Assembly (NCBI GenBank): GCA_002269645.1
Contig: NIVC01001668.1
Location: 124,001-188,000, forward strand
Length of the DNA stretch: 64,000 nt
Direction of reading: 5' to 3'
Source: Macrostomum lignano
Lineage: Eukaryota
The notes beneath the pieces were generated by a model. That model ran no database searches and was not told the origin of the DNA. It was given only the letters and a program-made list of their open reading frames with translations. Below are positions 38,443 to 51,472 of this stretch, one piece after another (the stretch's first letter is position 1; every line of letters begins with the position of its first letter). A program made the translations under genes and the position numbers.

Positions 38443-39945
38443 CGTTGCACCAGGGTGCTCGCAGCCCTCCTGCAAATGTTTGTTAGCATTATTAAGCTCT
38501 AGAATATATATAAGCTACAACAGTCAAACTACTATCGAGTGAGTAAGGTATGGAGCAGTTTTTGCTTTGGCTAATAGTAAATTCAAGAAGATAAAATCAA
38601 CTATCAATCAAAATAAGTTTTCCATCAATCGCCCGCTTGCGCACACGGCTTCTCCGAGTTGCTTCTCCATCTCTAGGCGTCTCAACATTCTCCCGCAATT
38701 ACACTTGTCCAGTTCTCCAATGCCGACTAACAAGAAGTGAGTACATGCGCTTGCTATAGGCTTTGACTTGCCTGGAGAGTATAGATGCCTTCGAAATCAG
38801 GCGCCGGTGTGTGTGGGCTGAGGGGAAGGCGTCGTTTCTCATTTCGGTGGGCAAGGCCCGTTAAGCCGGAGACCCATAATTGGTGGGTGCCTCCGGAGTT
38901 TTTGTTGAGTGGCCAAGACGGCAGTAGAGGGGGGGGCGGCCCGGGGAGCCTGCATGGTGGCAACTGTGTGATATGGCGGTGATGAGCTGGCAAAACTCGC
39001 GGACGGCCTGGAGACCGCGGGAGAGCACGAGGGGAAGGGAAGGGCAGAAGGAAGCAGCCAACGAGCTCAGTTCAGTCGCACTTGAGATGGAGAAAAAAAC
39101 ACAGAAGAAATTTCTACCCAGAATTCGTCCCGGGGAGTGAAAGGCAAAACCGGGAATATAGAATTGGGAATATAGAACTTTATTCGGTTCTTCTGCTTTT
39201 TTTCGGAGAGAAAAGGGAAAATGGCTTACGAAATCAGACATTCGCTTCATTCTACGAGGCCACTACAAGGCAAGAGAGGAGCGACAGTGCAATAGGGTAA
39301 GTTCTTATTCTGTGTTCAAGAGGTAAAACTGTTTGTTCCTACCCGAAGGCACACTTTTTTAATTTGCACAAATCAAAACTGTGCAGTTCCAGCAGTGTTG
39401 CTAAGATGGTAAGGCTTAGGGGGAATCGCTGAGATGTCAATGTTGCGGTCAGAAGCTACAGGTAGTTTATTCAAACTTTTATTTTACATTTTTGTTGGCT
39501 CCCCAATGGTGAGGCGCTGATTGCTAGTAGACCAACTCACTCCGCTAAGCTGTAACATTCTTGGATCTCAGGCTAGTGTAAGAAAAGAATAACTATGAAA
39601 GCAAAGAGAACGGCAAACTGTGTGTGTACATAAGAAGACGCGATGGGCGTGCCTTGTGGCATGGCAGACAGCCAGGTTTCAATTCTTTTCGAAAGTTTTG
39701 CGCGATATGAGCTCAGTGCAGAGACATACAGAATTGGCAACAATGTGCAAACAATAGAAGGAAGAATGACAGAACAGCACACCAACCTCATTGCCAACCT
39801 TCTTTTTATGCATGCATCTATTTTTGCTCTACGCGAGAGACTTAGGTTGAGCTTGCTGATGAGAAGAGATACCCACACAGGAATGTCACTGAGCTCTAAA
39901 ACTTTTCGTTGCAATTATTTCTCTGTAACAGACTGGGCTGCACCG

Positions 39946-41193
39946 ATGCTTTGGAACGCTCTGATGTTGCTACTGCTAATGCTGACCGCAGTTCCCACCG
40001 ATGTTGACTCAGCCAGCCTTGCGGAAGTCTGCGGCCACAGCTGCAACTTTACTAGCCTGTATCAGGGCCTGTCGCGAACTCTGACAGCCGCAGCCACCTC
40101 AACGGAAGATAACGACAGGGAACTCGCCGATTCTGTGGCAGACTTTGCTAGCGGTTTGTCGGCGCTCAACCTTCGCCTCCGACAGGAGCTCGCACAGGCC
40201 GCCAACTGCGCCAGACGCTGGCTGAAAGGACCAGTTGGCTCCAACTGCTACCTCTGCTGCCCCGACCCGACTCTGGGCGATCTGATCCCCGCGATGGACT
40301 GCATCAAAGCCGAGGTGAAGCTCAGCATAGCCGGCGCTGACAGGGCTGCCGCGACCGCGCTGCCGCGATCTTACAACTATCCCGACTTGGCCTTCGACAC
40401 GCACAACGTCTTCTCGGGCGCCTTTATGGACTTCGTGCGGCAGCTAGCGATTGATTCTAGACAGGCCCGTCTTGAACTGGACGCATTCGGCGTGTTCTAC
40501 AGCCGACTGCGGCTGTTGCCGGACAAAGTGAACATCACCTTGACGCCAATGGATCACAGCGACTGTCTTAAACTGCATCCGCTTTGGCGAAACATGTTTG
40601 GCGTGGCGTTGCAGCAGCTGGTTATGCGCGAGGTTGCTGCGTCAGGATCCGCCCAAGGCTATTCCAAGGACTCCGAGGCGGTTTGGCGAGCTTATTTAAA
40701 CGTGGCCGATATTGCTACGCGAGCGAAAATTGCGTGCAACTCCATTTCAGCTAGCAAGTCACGCAGCGTTCTCGATGTCGGCGGACAGCATAGCCACATC
40801 GCGTTAGCAGTTCTGCTGCCGATTCTGTTTCTGCTGTTTCTGGCAATTTTAATCGTGATTTTGCTGCGCCGCCGACGGAAGCAAAAGCGACGAAGGCGTG
40901 AATTTGCCATGGATCAGCCGACTGCGGATACAGTCGATGAGCAAGGTTCCGCTGTAGCTGCCATTATAAACAGAAAAATCACCGACGATAACGAGACGAA
41001 CTGCGAGGACCGCGTCAGCGCAAAAGCCGATGAAGATAACATCGAAGACGGCGACGATGACGCTGACTGCGGCGACACAGCGTCCAGATCGTCTGCCGAT
41101 GGGGCTGACCTGGGGGCGGCTGCGGCAGTAGGCGTCGACAGTGTGCTCCGCCGGCCTGACGGCAGTGTGATCAATGATCCTGATGAGATGTGA
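39946..41193 (+). CDS. Orphan type-I membrane protein B (415 aa): signal peptide, Cys-containing ectodomain, TM helix, acidic tail
   Basis: ATG 39946 (MLWNALMLLLLMLTAVP) just after the acceptor-like TTTCTCTGTAACAG at 39931; 9 ectodomain Cys; TM IALAVLLPILFLLFLAILIVILL then RRRRKQKRRRR; D/E-rich tail. Confidence 0.78.
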   Translation: MLWNALMLLLLMLTAVPTDVDSASLAEVCGHSCNFTSLYQGLSRTLTAAATSTEDNDRELADSVADFASGLSALNLRLRQELAQAANCARRWLKGPVGSNCYLCCPDPTLGDLIPAMDCIKAEVKLSIAGADRAAATALPRSYNYPDLAFDTHNVFSGAFMDFVRQLAIDSRQARLELDAFGVFYSRLRLLPDKVNITLTPMDHSDCLKLHPLWRNMFGVALQQLVMREVAASGSAQGYSKDSEAVWRAYLNVADIATRAKIACNSISASKSRSVLDVGGQHSHIALAVLLPILFLLFLAILIVILLRRRRKQKRRRREFAMDQPTADTVDEQGSAVAAIINRKITDDNETNCEDRVSAKADEDNIEDGDDDADCGDTASRSSADGADLGAAAAVGVDSVLRRPDGSVINDPDEM

Positions 41194-41397
41194 CTTGTGG
41201 GAGTAGCGAGCCTTAAGCTTTCTAGTCAGTAGCAACAATATTTATTTTTCATTTCTCATATTGTACATAGCTTCTTTAGTTCAATCTCTAATTGTGATTA
41301 TCGCCGAGTCGATGTAGATATTATTAAGTTATTGACTAGTCGTCAGTGGGTTGTAGGTCTAGCGGCACTTAAGATTAAGAATGCTCATTCCGTTGAT

Positions 41398-41930
41398 GCC
41401 ACTGATGCCAGATCCCGATCCAGGAATCCTAATGATGCCAGATCCCGACCCAGGAATCCTAATGATGCCAGATCCCGATCCAGGAATCCTGATGATGCCA
41501 GATCCCGATCCAGGAATCCTAATGATGCCAGATCCCGACCCAGGAATCCTAATGATGCCAGATCCCGATCCAGGAATCCTAATGATGCCAGATCCCGATC
41601 CAGGAATCCTAATGATGCCAGATCCCGACCCAGGAATCCTAATGATGCCAGATCCCGATCCAGGAATCCTGATGATGCCAGATCCCGATCCAGGAATCCT
41701 GATGATGCCAGATCCCGACCCAGGAATCCTAATGATGCCAGATCCCGACCCAGGAATCCTAATGATGCCAGATCCCGATCCAGGAATCCTGATGATGCCA
41801 GATCCCGATCCAGGAATCCTGATGATGCCAGATCCCGATCCAGGAATCTTAATGATGCCAGATCCCGATCTAGCAATCCTGATGATTCCAGATCCCGATT
41901 CAGGAACCCTGACGATTCCGGATCCCGATA
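41398..41930. repeat. 30-bp minisatellite (GATGCCAGATCCCGATCCAGGAATCCTAAT)n
   Basis: Direct inspection. Confidence 0.96.
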
Positions 41931-42737
41931 GCTATTCTATATTTAGCCAAACCTTAAATAAGCGTGCTACTCGTAGTTTGCATCAGGCAAAAACTGCTGG
42001 AACATTGACTTCTTACACCGACAGTCAGATAAAATTTAATTTGAACACCAGCTCAATAATGCTAGACTTTGGAGGTCAGTAATACACTGTATTAATGTAT
42101 GTCTCTATCACTGTAAATAAATTATTTTTAATAATAACCTAACTTACTAGTACTATCAATAATACTATCTGTACTAAACTAGAGTTTTGGACTCTAAAAA
42201 ACGATGAAGGCTTGAAATTTCTATTGAAAAAGTAAACGCAAGATGCGATCACATAAGTAAAGCGCGCCTCAAGCGAGCGTGTATATTAGTTAAAAACGAA
42301 TAGATTATAACAAATACTAATATTAATAATTTTTAAAGATCAAAGCGGCAAGGTAAAACGAGTGAGCCAGCATAACTTTCCGAATGTTGAAACAGCGAAT
42401 AAAATAATAAAAAACTTACTTTCAGCTGAATGGCTCAAGTATTTTTTATGTAAATATTATATAAATAAGATGCTTTAGAAGACTAGGGTGAAGCCATAAA
42501 TAAACAGACTAGGGTGACGCAAGCATGATTGGTTATTAAAACTACTACTAGTACTATCTTCAGCACAAAAATTAAAACACTATTTGAGAGCAACACGATA
42601 ATCGCTACAATATTAACACAAATTAGAGTAGAGCTTTGCCGTGTGAGTGCAAATTTAAAACCAACAAAAATATGAAAACAATACAATACTACTAATAGCA
42701 GACAGATATTCAAAAGCTTTCTAAAGCTTTTTGATGC

Positions 42738-43160
42738 TAATCATTTGGCTGTTCACTTAGCTAATCATTTGCCTGTTCACTTAGCCAATCATTTGGCTGT
42801 TGAATTAGCCAATCATTTGGCTGTTGAATTAGCTAATCATTTGGCTGTTGAATTAGCTAATCATTTGGCTGTTGAATTAGCTAATCATTTGGCTGTTCAC
42901 TTAGCTAATCATTTGGCTGTTCACTTAGCCAATCATTTGGCTGTTGAATTAGCCAATCATTTGGCTGTTGAATTAGCTAATCATTTGGCTGTTCACTTAG
43001 CTAATCATTTGGCTGTTCACTTAGCCAATCATTTGGCTGTTGAATTAGCCAATCATTTGGCTGTTGAATTAGCTAATCATTTGGCTGTTCACTTAGCTAA
43101 TCATTTGGCTGTTCACTTAGCCAATCATTTGGCTGTTGAATTAGCTAATCATTTGGCTGG
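42738..43160. repeat. 24-bp minisatellite (AATCATTTGGCTGTTGAATTAGCT)n
   Basis: Direct inspection. Confidence 0.96.
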
Positions 43161-43794
43161 TCAATTATTAACTAATCACGCGGTGAATTTGGTGGAAGCT
43201 TAGGTGAGTGAGTGCTTGAGGAAGACAAAGAAAAATGGATACGATGGAATTAAAAACTGCGTGCAATAGCACAATATAGTTATATAATATATACCATAGC
43301 TAGATCTACAATAGACTAGCAAAGTTCTGGCACAAGTACAACAATAAGTACGAATAGATTCCGTGAATAGTAAATCCATCCGAAACAGAGAAAAATAGCT
43401 CAAGTGTTTTAAATATCTGCTTCACAAGACACACAGAATGCAATAAGAACTCAGTGAACAAAAATCTACGCAAAGTAAACTCGTTGGAACTTGGAAGTGA
43501 CATAAAAGTACATACTATATACTAAGGTGTATAAAAAAGCAATTGACGGTGATGCAAACAAAAGCAATGCAGCAAGGTAAAAAAGGTTGAAGTGTGAAGA
43601 CTGCAGACAAAGTGTGCAGCATTGCAACACAGCCGAATCTCAAGTACGTAGTTGCAGGAAATCAAGGCCTGTCGAAAAAAAACTGCTTTACAACGTAGAA
43701 TTAAACCAAAAAATATATGACAAAAAAGAACTTTCCGAATATATTTAACATAAGACAAACCGCGCGAGGGAACAGTTTCACTGACACATACACT

Positions 43795-44172
43795 CCTGAG
43801 AATCTCACCCCACTTATGTAGTAGTCTAGGTGAGAATCTCACCCCATTGATGCAGTCTATAGGTGAGAATCTCACCCCATTGTTGATGTAGTCTAAAAGT
43901 GAGAATCTCACCCCATCGATGTAGTAATCTAGGTAAGAATCTCACCCAATCGATGTAGTAGACTAGGTAAGAATCTCACCCCATTGATGTAGTCTATAGG
44001 TGAGAATCTCACCCCATCGATGTAGTCTAGGTGAGACTCTCAACACATGGATGCAGTCTAGGTGAGAATCTCACCCAATTGATGTAGTCTATAGGTGAGA
44101 ATCTCACCTCATCGATGTAGTCTAGGTGAGACTCTCAACACATTGATGCAGTCTAGGTGAGAATCTCACCCT
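43795..44172. repeat. ~30-bp diverged minisatellite (GAGAATCTCACCCCATTGATGTAGTCTAGGT)
   Basis: About 12 imperfect copies. Confidence 0.9.
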
Positions 44173-44289
44173 CAATGTTCAGCACTATCAAGAAACTCAA
44201 CGATCTTCCAAAAAATTGCACTCTGAGATAAATTAAAAACAGTAAGATAGCCGGCACACACTGGCTACACAGCTATGGCCATACGATAG

Positions 44290-44625
44290 TCAGAATAGCA
44301 AATCAGCCGAGTTGGCAGCCGACCAGGCCTCAGACGGGTCGGAGGCAAGCAGGCTGTCGTTCGCTTTTTTATCGGCAAGCGGAGGACCAGCTGAAGCGGC
44401 TGTAACGGGCGAAGCTGCGCCAATGTTTGCGCCCCAAACAAATTTGTCGGCATTGTTGATCAAGCCTGTTTGATAGTTTGCAATGGATGCTAACGGACTG
44501 CTCAATGGTACAGCTTCCGGCATCTGATTTGGCTGCTGCAGAGCCTGCTGTCGATGCTCAAGTATGCTCTGGTCGCTCTGGTAGACGAAAGTCTGCTCAA
44601 GAGACGCCTCGCTAGCGAAAGCCAA
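44290..44625 (-). CDS. Taperin/phostensin-like protein, terminal exon (PP1-docking region)
   Basis: CCCACAG|TTG acceptor. The spliced junction RRKK-LAFASEASLEQTFVYQSDQSILE resembles the phostensin/taperin KISF-x-E-x-x-L-E/Q-T-T-Y/F-x-Y-P-S-E-S-S block. Ends WSAANSADLLF*. Confidence 0.68.
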   Translation of the reverse strand: MAFASEASLEQTFVYQSDQSILEHRQQALQQPNQMPEAVPLSSPLASIANYQTGLINNADKFVWGANIGAASPVTAASAGPPLADKKANDSLLASDPSEAWSAANSADLLF

Positions 44626-45005
44626 CTGTGGGAAAATTACTATTATTATTATGCAACGAGACGATGTACTTTAAAAAAGTACAAAAAATTGGCAAGAGTG
44701 CATTAAGCAAGCCAATTGGAATATCAGCTTTTTTAGCAAAGTAAACTTATTTGTGTGCTTGTCTTTAAGTTAAGCTGAGTTCGTTTGGTTAGTATGCATC
44801 TGGTCTGGATAGGCCTCTGTCACCTCAGACAATTACCGTGAGCAAATATGGCGAATATAAAGGTTCACCCTGCTGTGATTGAGAAGCAGCTCTGGGCTTC
44901 CGTCAAACTACAGGTCGGGAATACAGAACCACCGCACCACCCCCACAATGTCAAAAGTCCTTTCTAGTAATAAGATTTAATAATTTGATGGCTTTAACAC
45001 CTCAC

Positions 45006-47276
45006 CTTCTTCCGTCGAACCTCAGCGCCAGTTACTTTAGAATGCTCCGTCGGCGTTTCTGCTTTCGCTCCGGCCAATAGACGTTGAGCCTCTTCGGCAA
45101 GCTGAGGATCTGCTCGACTATCCAAATGGCCGTGAGTCTCTGCGCTTCGAATATGATCCCAAACTGTGCTCTGGGCAAGCCAGCTGTGCTCATCAGCGGA
45201 TTCGCTGTCAACTTTATTCCCTAAAGAGAATAGTTGCGGCTTGTTTACGGGCGACTTAACGCACTGGCCGACTCGGACAGGCGTTACACCATCGGGTATG
45301 CCTAGCTTAACAGCTGCTTCATCCGTTGATTCAGCAAAAAAGTACCAAGACTTGCCAGCCTTTCTAATACTGGCCAACTCAGTTGAGCTTAGGGGTACTC
45401 GACGAGCCCTGCTGGTACTGTCGACTTTTGCTATTCCCGCATTACGCTGCGTAGTATCTACGCTGCTCTGTCTTTTAGACGAACTTTTAGGCGCTGTGGC
45501 ATTGGTAATAGGTGGAGTTTTATTGTTTTTTTGTTGTTGAACTACCTCCATGCTACTCGGTCTCATGCCTATGCCTTTATGTACTGCGGCATCCGCTGGA
45601 AAACTTTGCTTTTCCTCGCGTTGGATAACTACTACGCTGCTTGGTCTCTTGTGGGCATTATTAGAAGCCGGACTAGCGGCCGTCGGTTGCCTCTGAAGAG
45701 CAATGGAAGACCAAGTCTTAAACTGGCCGCTACTGCCGCTGTCTTGATTAAGGCGAGATCTGGACAGCTGACTGGCAGCGGGTTTGACTGAAGCTAACGA
45801 GCCAGACTGACGAATAGACTCTGGTCTTTTTCTCAAAGGCCTAACCTGATCTTCGAACTGATATCTGCCATTGTTCTTTGTTTTAACAGGTTCAGTATTA
45901 ATAATGCTTGCTGAGCTTCTTTGTGAAACTTTGCCGTCACTTGAGTCAGAGGAAACAAAACGAATTGACGAAGACTGCCGCCTTGGATCGTTTTTCATTT
46001 CGTCTTTGATGACAGCAGCGGATACAGAGGAAACCGAAGTGGCTCTCTTCGTGTACTCTGACTTTTGAGCACTGAAATTGTGCCCGACAGGCACTGAGTG
46101 TCTTACTGAATCTTTAGGACGAATGGAGTTGATCTGCTGTGTTTTTGAAACACTGGATCGATCAGATTTGTCAGCATAGTCGCGCCTAATCGCAGTTATA
46201 CCTTTCTTGATGGAATCATCCCTGGACAAGTTAGAAGTAGCATTGCTGCTAAGCACTGACGGCTTCATTAAGTTTCTCAATGAGTCAGGAAAAGCGCCAC
46301 TAGTAGAACTTTCCATCTGTCGTACAGGATCCTTGACTCCAGCTTGACTGACAACAGACTTTGATAATTGGCTGCTTCGATTTTCGGATGTCTGAGAACT
46401 GCCACTAGCAACATAAATCGACTGTCCGATTGTTTCTTTGGCTTGATCGAGACTTCGGGTGTCATTTGGTCCTGAATCGTTTCTGGGACTATGCGTTGCT
46501 AATTTCTTTGATTCTTCAGGGCTAGCAGTAGCTTGACTAACAATTGTAGGCTTAGGGAAACTAGTTGAATGACTAAATGAAGCTTTAGCCTGCTGCAATA
46601 TTGACGGCGTAGTCGATGTCTTATTTGCGCGAATGATAGTTGGCTCGTTGCGCTGCATTATTTTTAAATCGCTCTTATTACTATTATTGAGATGACCTCC
46701 ATCGTTATTATCTGCTACTTTCTGGTGCACGGTCGGATTGGCTTCAAAAATTGATCGTACATTTTGTACTATGTTTTTAATTGAAAGCGACACATCACTG
46801 GGTATTGGCACGAAACTCTCCGTTTGGTTAGCTTTCTTATTAGTCGCAGCTTCACTGCTATTTGAAGCGGCGGGTGTTGTGGATATTACTGACTGTGCTG
46901 GCTGCTGAACAGGTGTGATATCTGTCTGTTTCGATTGATTTGTTGTTACTACAAGATTATTCTGCTTTTTCTGCTTGACAAATACGACAGACTGCTGTTT
47001 GGCGGCCCCAGTTTGAGCAGGTGCAGAGGACATTGGCGGTAGTGCAGCGGTGCCAGTCTGTGAACCACAGCCAGCACCGCTCGCCTGCCCGAATCGGTTA
47101 AGCAACTGGCTGACAAATCCAGGCTGGAATGGCAACTCCGTGTCCGACTGTATGCTGTAGCTCTGACCGCCTGGCCATGGCTGACGTTCGAGCTCTTTGG
47201 ATCGTTGCAGTTGGACTTCCAGCAGCACGCGATCGATGGCCGACTGTGGGGGCGCGGTTTGACTAGCCGAGTCCAT
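45006..47276 (-). CDS. Taperin/phostensin-like protein, large low-complexity exon
   Basis: 757-codon S/Q/A-rich ORF ending VRRKK at donor AAG|GTGAGG (phase 0). The ATG is directly preceded by CAG. Confidence 0.72.
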
Positions 47277-48937
47277 CTGTTGGAATGCTACAGAGCGTTG
47301 ATCAGGTAAGCAGTCAGCCAGCAGCTGCAGACTGTGTGGAGACGAAAAACTACTTACATAAACTAATAAAAATCATTTGTCTCACTTGAAACCCTAAACA
47401 AAAATACTATTTGGAGACAAAGGATTGCAACAACTTTAATATGAAATTGGTTAATTTATTGATTAAAGAACCATTAGCATTACTGCACTGTACTATAAAT
47501 GATGCTAGTTTATCACAATATAACAACAAGTTGACTTAGTTTGCATGGGTGTGTGCACCTGAGCAAACTGGCTTTAGTGATCAGTCAAGGTGCATTCTCT
47601 TTCCTCACATTATGAGGCATTCTACTTTGCCTCATAAAATTGCTTGTGCTCATGCTTTGCAAGATGGGCATGTTAATTTGAAGTAGTGCCATGGTGGGCC
47701 TAATCTAGCCACAGTGCTTCAAGGTAAGCATGCTGCCTTCTTAGCACCAATTTTGTTGTTTATTGATTTTTTATTATCCTAAATTTGGATTCTGAATGCC
47801 AAATTGGCAAACACTTTTTTCAAGCTAGGAAGCATGTATTTTAAATCCACCTATACTAAATATCTAAGTTCTATTCTATCTATACAGCATTAGCTGCCCG
47901 TGGTTGCCAGGGATTAGCAAAATGGGCAGCAATACCTCTTCGCTGTTTCCAGACACATAGAGCCCCCTGCAGCTAAGTCAAGTAAGTCATATATTATATT
48001 TTCTAAAATTTATATTTTATTTTAAGTATCATTTCAAAACAATTTTAATAAATACCTATTCTAGAATCAAGACAGACAAAGAGTGACTAATAACTCAACT
48101 ATGCTTAAAAAACTGGCATATAACTAAGTTATACTTCAGGCTTTTTTAAAAAAAGCAGATATGCGTACAAAATTAGATATGGATCTTTAAGTCTTAGGGG
48201 GAGTTAGATGCTATAATAGAATTATATTGCATTAAGAACATTCCCTTTGGCTTGGACTAGCTTTTATTGTAGCCTGACTAATAGATATTTATCCCCTGAA
48301 TAAAGCAAGTGACCTAGAACAAAATAAATACCTTGTAGCATATTTATTCTAATTTTTTGTATAATATCACCACTAGCAATAGCAATGGTATCTTATTAAA
48401 CTAAAAATTAATATTACAATAGCTATTAAGTTGCTAATTAATGGTAGAGACAGAGTAGATATAATAGAGATTCATGGTATGTGGCTATCTTGGTTTTATA
48501 CTATGCATGGCACATATACTTTTTTCCTAAGAGTGATGCATGCCAACAAGGCCAATGCATGCCCAATTTTTCAGGTGTATACTGCATGATTTGAAGTGTG
48601 GAGTTGCAAAAAATTTTTTGGTAATCATTGTGTTGTGTAGTTGGTTTGCAGATATGTACATCTGCTATGTACATCTGTTTTCCGATATTGATCTGTCGTA
48701 GCTAAATGAATATATATGTATAAATATACCAGTCGGTAGGCCAACTTGGGCTAAGTTCGTGTGTATCCCTAAACTCAGTCTGACTTTCTCAATACAACAT
48801 TGGCATCGCAAGCTAGGCCAACCCCCCACGATTTGGGGTTTTGACTTTTCACTAACAAGTTGAGTGCTAGCCCAGCCTGAAAGGCCGCCACTGCAAAGTA
48901 AACAAGCGCCAAACAGCAAAAGTACACAGTGCTCAGA

Positions 48938-50218
48938 ATGTCCCAGTCAACGACAGCTCTTAGCACATCGGAGGTGCCAAGGATCAACATCTCGCCACCA
49001 GAGCAATTCCTGCCTCAACTGGGACCGCCAACGAGGCCGTGGAATGAGTGGAAGCGCCTGTTTGACAACTACTTAATGGCGGCGGGCTTCGACACTCTAC
49101 CAGATGCGAGAAAGCAAGCCCTGCTTCTGCACTGCCTGGGTGCTGAAGGACAGCGGATCTTCGCAGCAATGCAGCCACCACCATCTCAGAATTCGGATGG
49201 TGAACAGACATCGCTGGGATTCGACAAGACGGTGAAGCTGCTGAAGGAGCAGTTTGGTGGCAAGACCAATGTGGTGGCGGAGTGCCACAGGTTTCGGCAG
49301 CAAGGGCAGCGACCCAGTGAGAAAATCGCTGACTTTGTGGCAGCGCTGTATACGCTGGCCGGCTCGTGCGAGTTTGGAGGCATGACGGACGAGATGATTC
49401 GCGACCAGATCGTGGAGAAGGTCAGCAACAGGCGGATCAGAGAGCGCCTGCTCATCGAGGACGGCCTGACGCTCAAGACGGCGGTGACGCTGAGTCAGCA
49501 GTGGGAGACCAGCATCGCGGAAGCCAGTGCGATCGAGACTGGCGGCGCAGTTGCCATGGCAAGCCGAGGCAAGGCGGAGGTGAACAAGGTGCAACATCAG
49601 TTCGGAAAGTCCAGCGCTCAAGAATGGGTGGCTGCCGGGCGAGAGTCCTGTCCGAAGTGCGGAAGCGGCCACAACAGGCGAGCGCGATGTCCTGCTAAAG
49701 GCAAGTCCTGTTATGCCTATGGCAAGCAGAACCATTTTGGCAGGATGTGCAGGTCGCAGGGCACTAAGGTAGCCGAGGTCGGAGACGAGAGCAGCCGCGA
49801 GGTGTTCACCGTGCGTGGCACGGCCAGTCCCGACATCAGGTGCCGGCTGAAGGTCCAGGGCAGTTGGCTGAGCCTGCTGGTCGACTCGGGCGCGAAAGTG
49901 TCCATTCTATCGGAGAGGACCTACCGGAGGCTCGGGTCCAAGGCGCCGCTGCAGCCATCCAACAGGAAGCTCATCGCGTACAACGGCAAGGCTATCGACG
50001 TGCTGGGACAGGCGGTGCTGTCGGTCAACTACCGCGGGCAGAGTGTGCCGTTCTTCTGCTTCACAGTAGTGCAGCAGGGATCCGACATCATGGGCACCGA
50101 TCTGATGCAGCAGCTCAGCTTCCAAGTGGTGGACCGGGACGGCGACCTGGTGCACACCGTGGACAAAACCAGGCAGCTGCCAAACTGGCTGCCAGACTGC
50201 TTCGAGCAGCTGACGTGA
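48938..50218 (+). pseudogene. Gypsy gag-protease segment
   Basis: ATG 48938; zinc knuckles CPKCGSGH...C and a degenerate CYAYGKQNH...C; aspartic protease LVDSGA; in-frame TGA at 50216-50218. Confidence 0.9.
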
Positions 50219-51472
50219 GGACTTGGCCGGATTCGAGGGTTCGAGCACTGGCCCCGAGTGAACCCCGCAGTGCCTCCAATGGCGCAGCCTCTCCGCCGGA
50301 CGCCGCTCAGCCTCAAGGAGAAGGTCCAAGCTGAGATCAACCAGCTTCTAGCGGATGGGATCGTCGAGGAGATCCAGGCATCCGAGTGGATTTCGAATCT
50401 GGTGGTCGTCCCAAAGCCTGAAGGTAAGATCCGAATCTGCAATGACCTCAGGTGCCCCAACAAGGCAATTGTGCTGGACAAGCAGCCTCTGCCGACATTC
50501 GAGGAGCTGACGACGGAGTTCAAGGGCTCGACGGTTTTCTCAAAACTAGATCTGAACTCATCGTATCTGCAGCTTGAGCTCGCCGAGGACAGACGTGATA
50601 TGACGGCCTTCATCACGGAGAAGGGTCTCTATCGGTACAAGCGGGTTTGTTTTGGTCTCAACAGCGCTCCGGCAGCCTTCCAGAAGGTGCTGAGCAAGAT
50701 TCTGCACGGCTGCTCAGGAACGGTGCACTACATCGACGACATAGTCGTGCACGCTGCCAGTGAGGCAGAGGCTGAGCATCACGAGTGGCTCACGGCGGTG
50801 CTCGACAAGCTGCTGGCCCACGGCGTCACTCTGAACGCAGGCAAGTGCCAGTGGGCTGCTGAGTCTGTGCAGTTCCTGGGCTACATCGTCTCTGCAAGCG
50901 GCCTGCGACCAATGCAGTCAAATGTGGACGCTATAGAGCAGGTGCCGGAGCCGAAGAGCGCTGAGGCGGTGGCGGCATTCCTTGGAATGGTCAAATTTTA
51001 CGCGAACTTTCTTCAAAACCTGTCGGATGTTGCCGAGCCGCTTCTGAAGCTGCTGAGGAAAGACGTGCCCTGGCACTGGTCCGCAGACTGCCAGAAGGCC
51101 TTCACAACGCTCAAGAAGATGGTGCTGGCGCCGACCTGTCTGAGGTTCTTCAGCCCGGATGAGAAGATCATCGTTGCCTGCGACAGCTTGGCGCACGCTC
51201 TGGGCGCCGTTCTGCTTCAAGAAGACGGCGCCGGCGTCCGGAGACCAGTCGCGTTTGCGTCCAGAACCCTGTCAGCGACTGAGCGAAAGTACTCCACGTC
51301 TGAAAGAGAGGCATTGGCATGCATCTTCGCCTGTGAGAGGTGGCACTATTTCCTGTTCGGCCGGAGATTCGAGCTGCATATGGACCATCAGGCGCTGACT
51401 ACGTTGCTGATGGCTCAGGGCAGCGGCTACCGGCCATTGAGACTGCACCGGTGGGCCGACCGCCTGCTCGCG

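Noticed and set aside
39643-39945. 101-aa N-terminal extension of the 516-aa ORF
   Set aside because: AT-richer and intron-like, and it ends in a pyrimidine tract plus AG just before a signal-peptide ATG at 39946.
50216-50218. Programmed stop-codon readthrough in the Gypsy element
   Set aside because: The stop lies between protease and RT rather than at the gag/pol boundary, and the copy has other disabling lesions.
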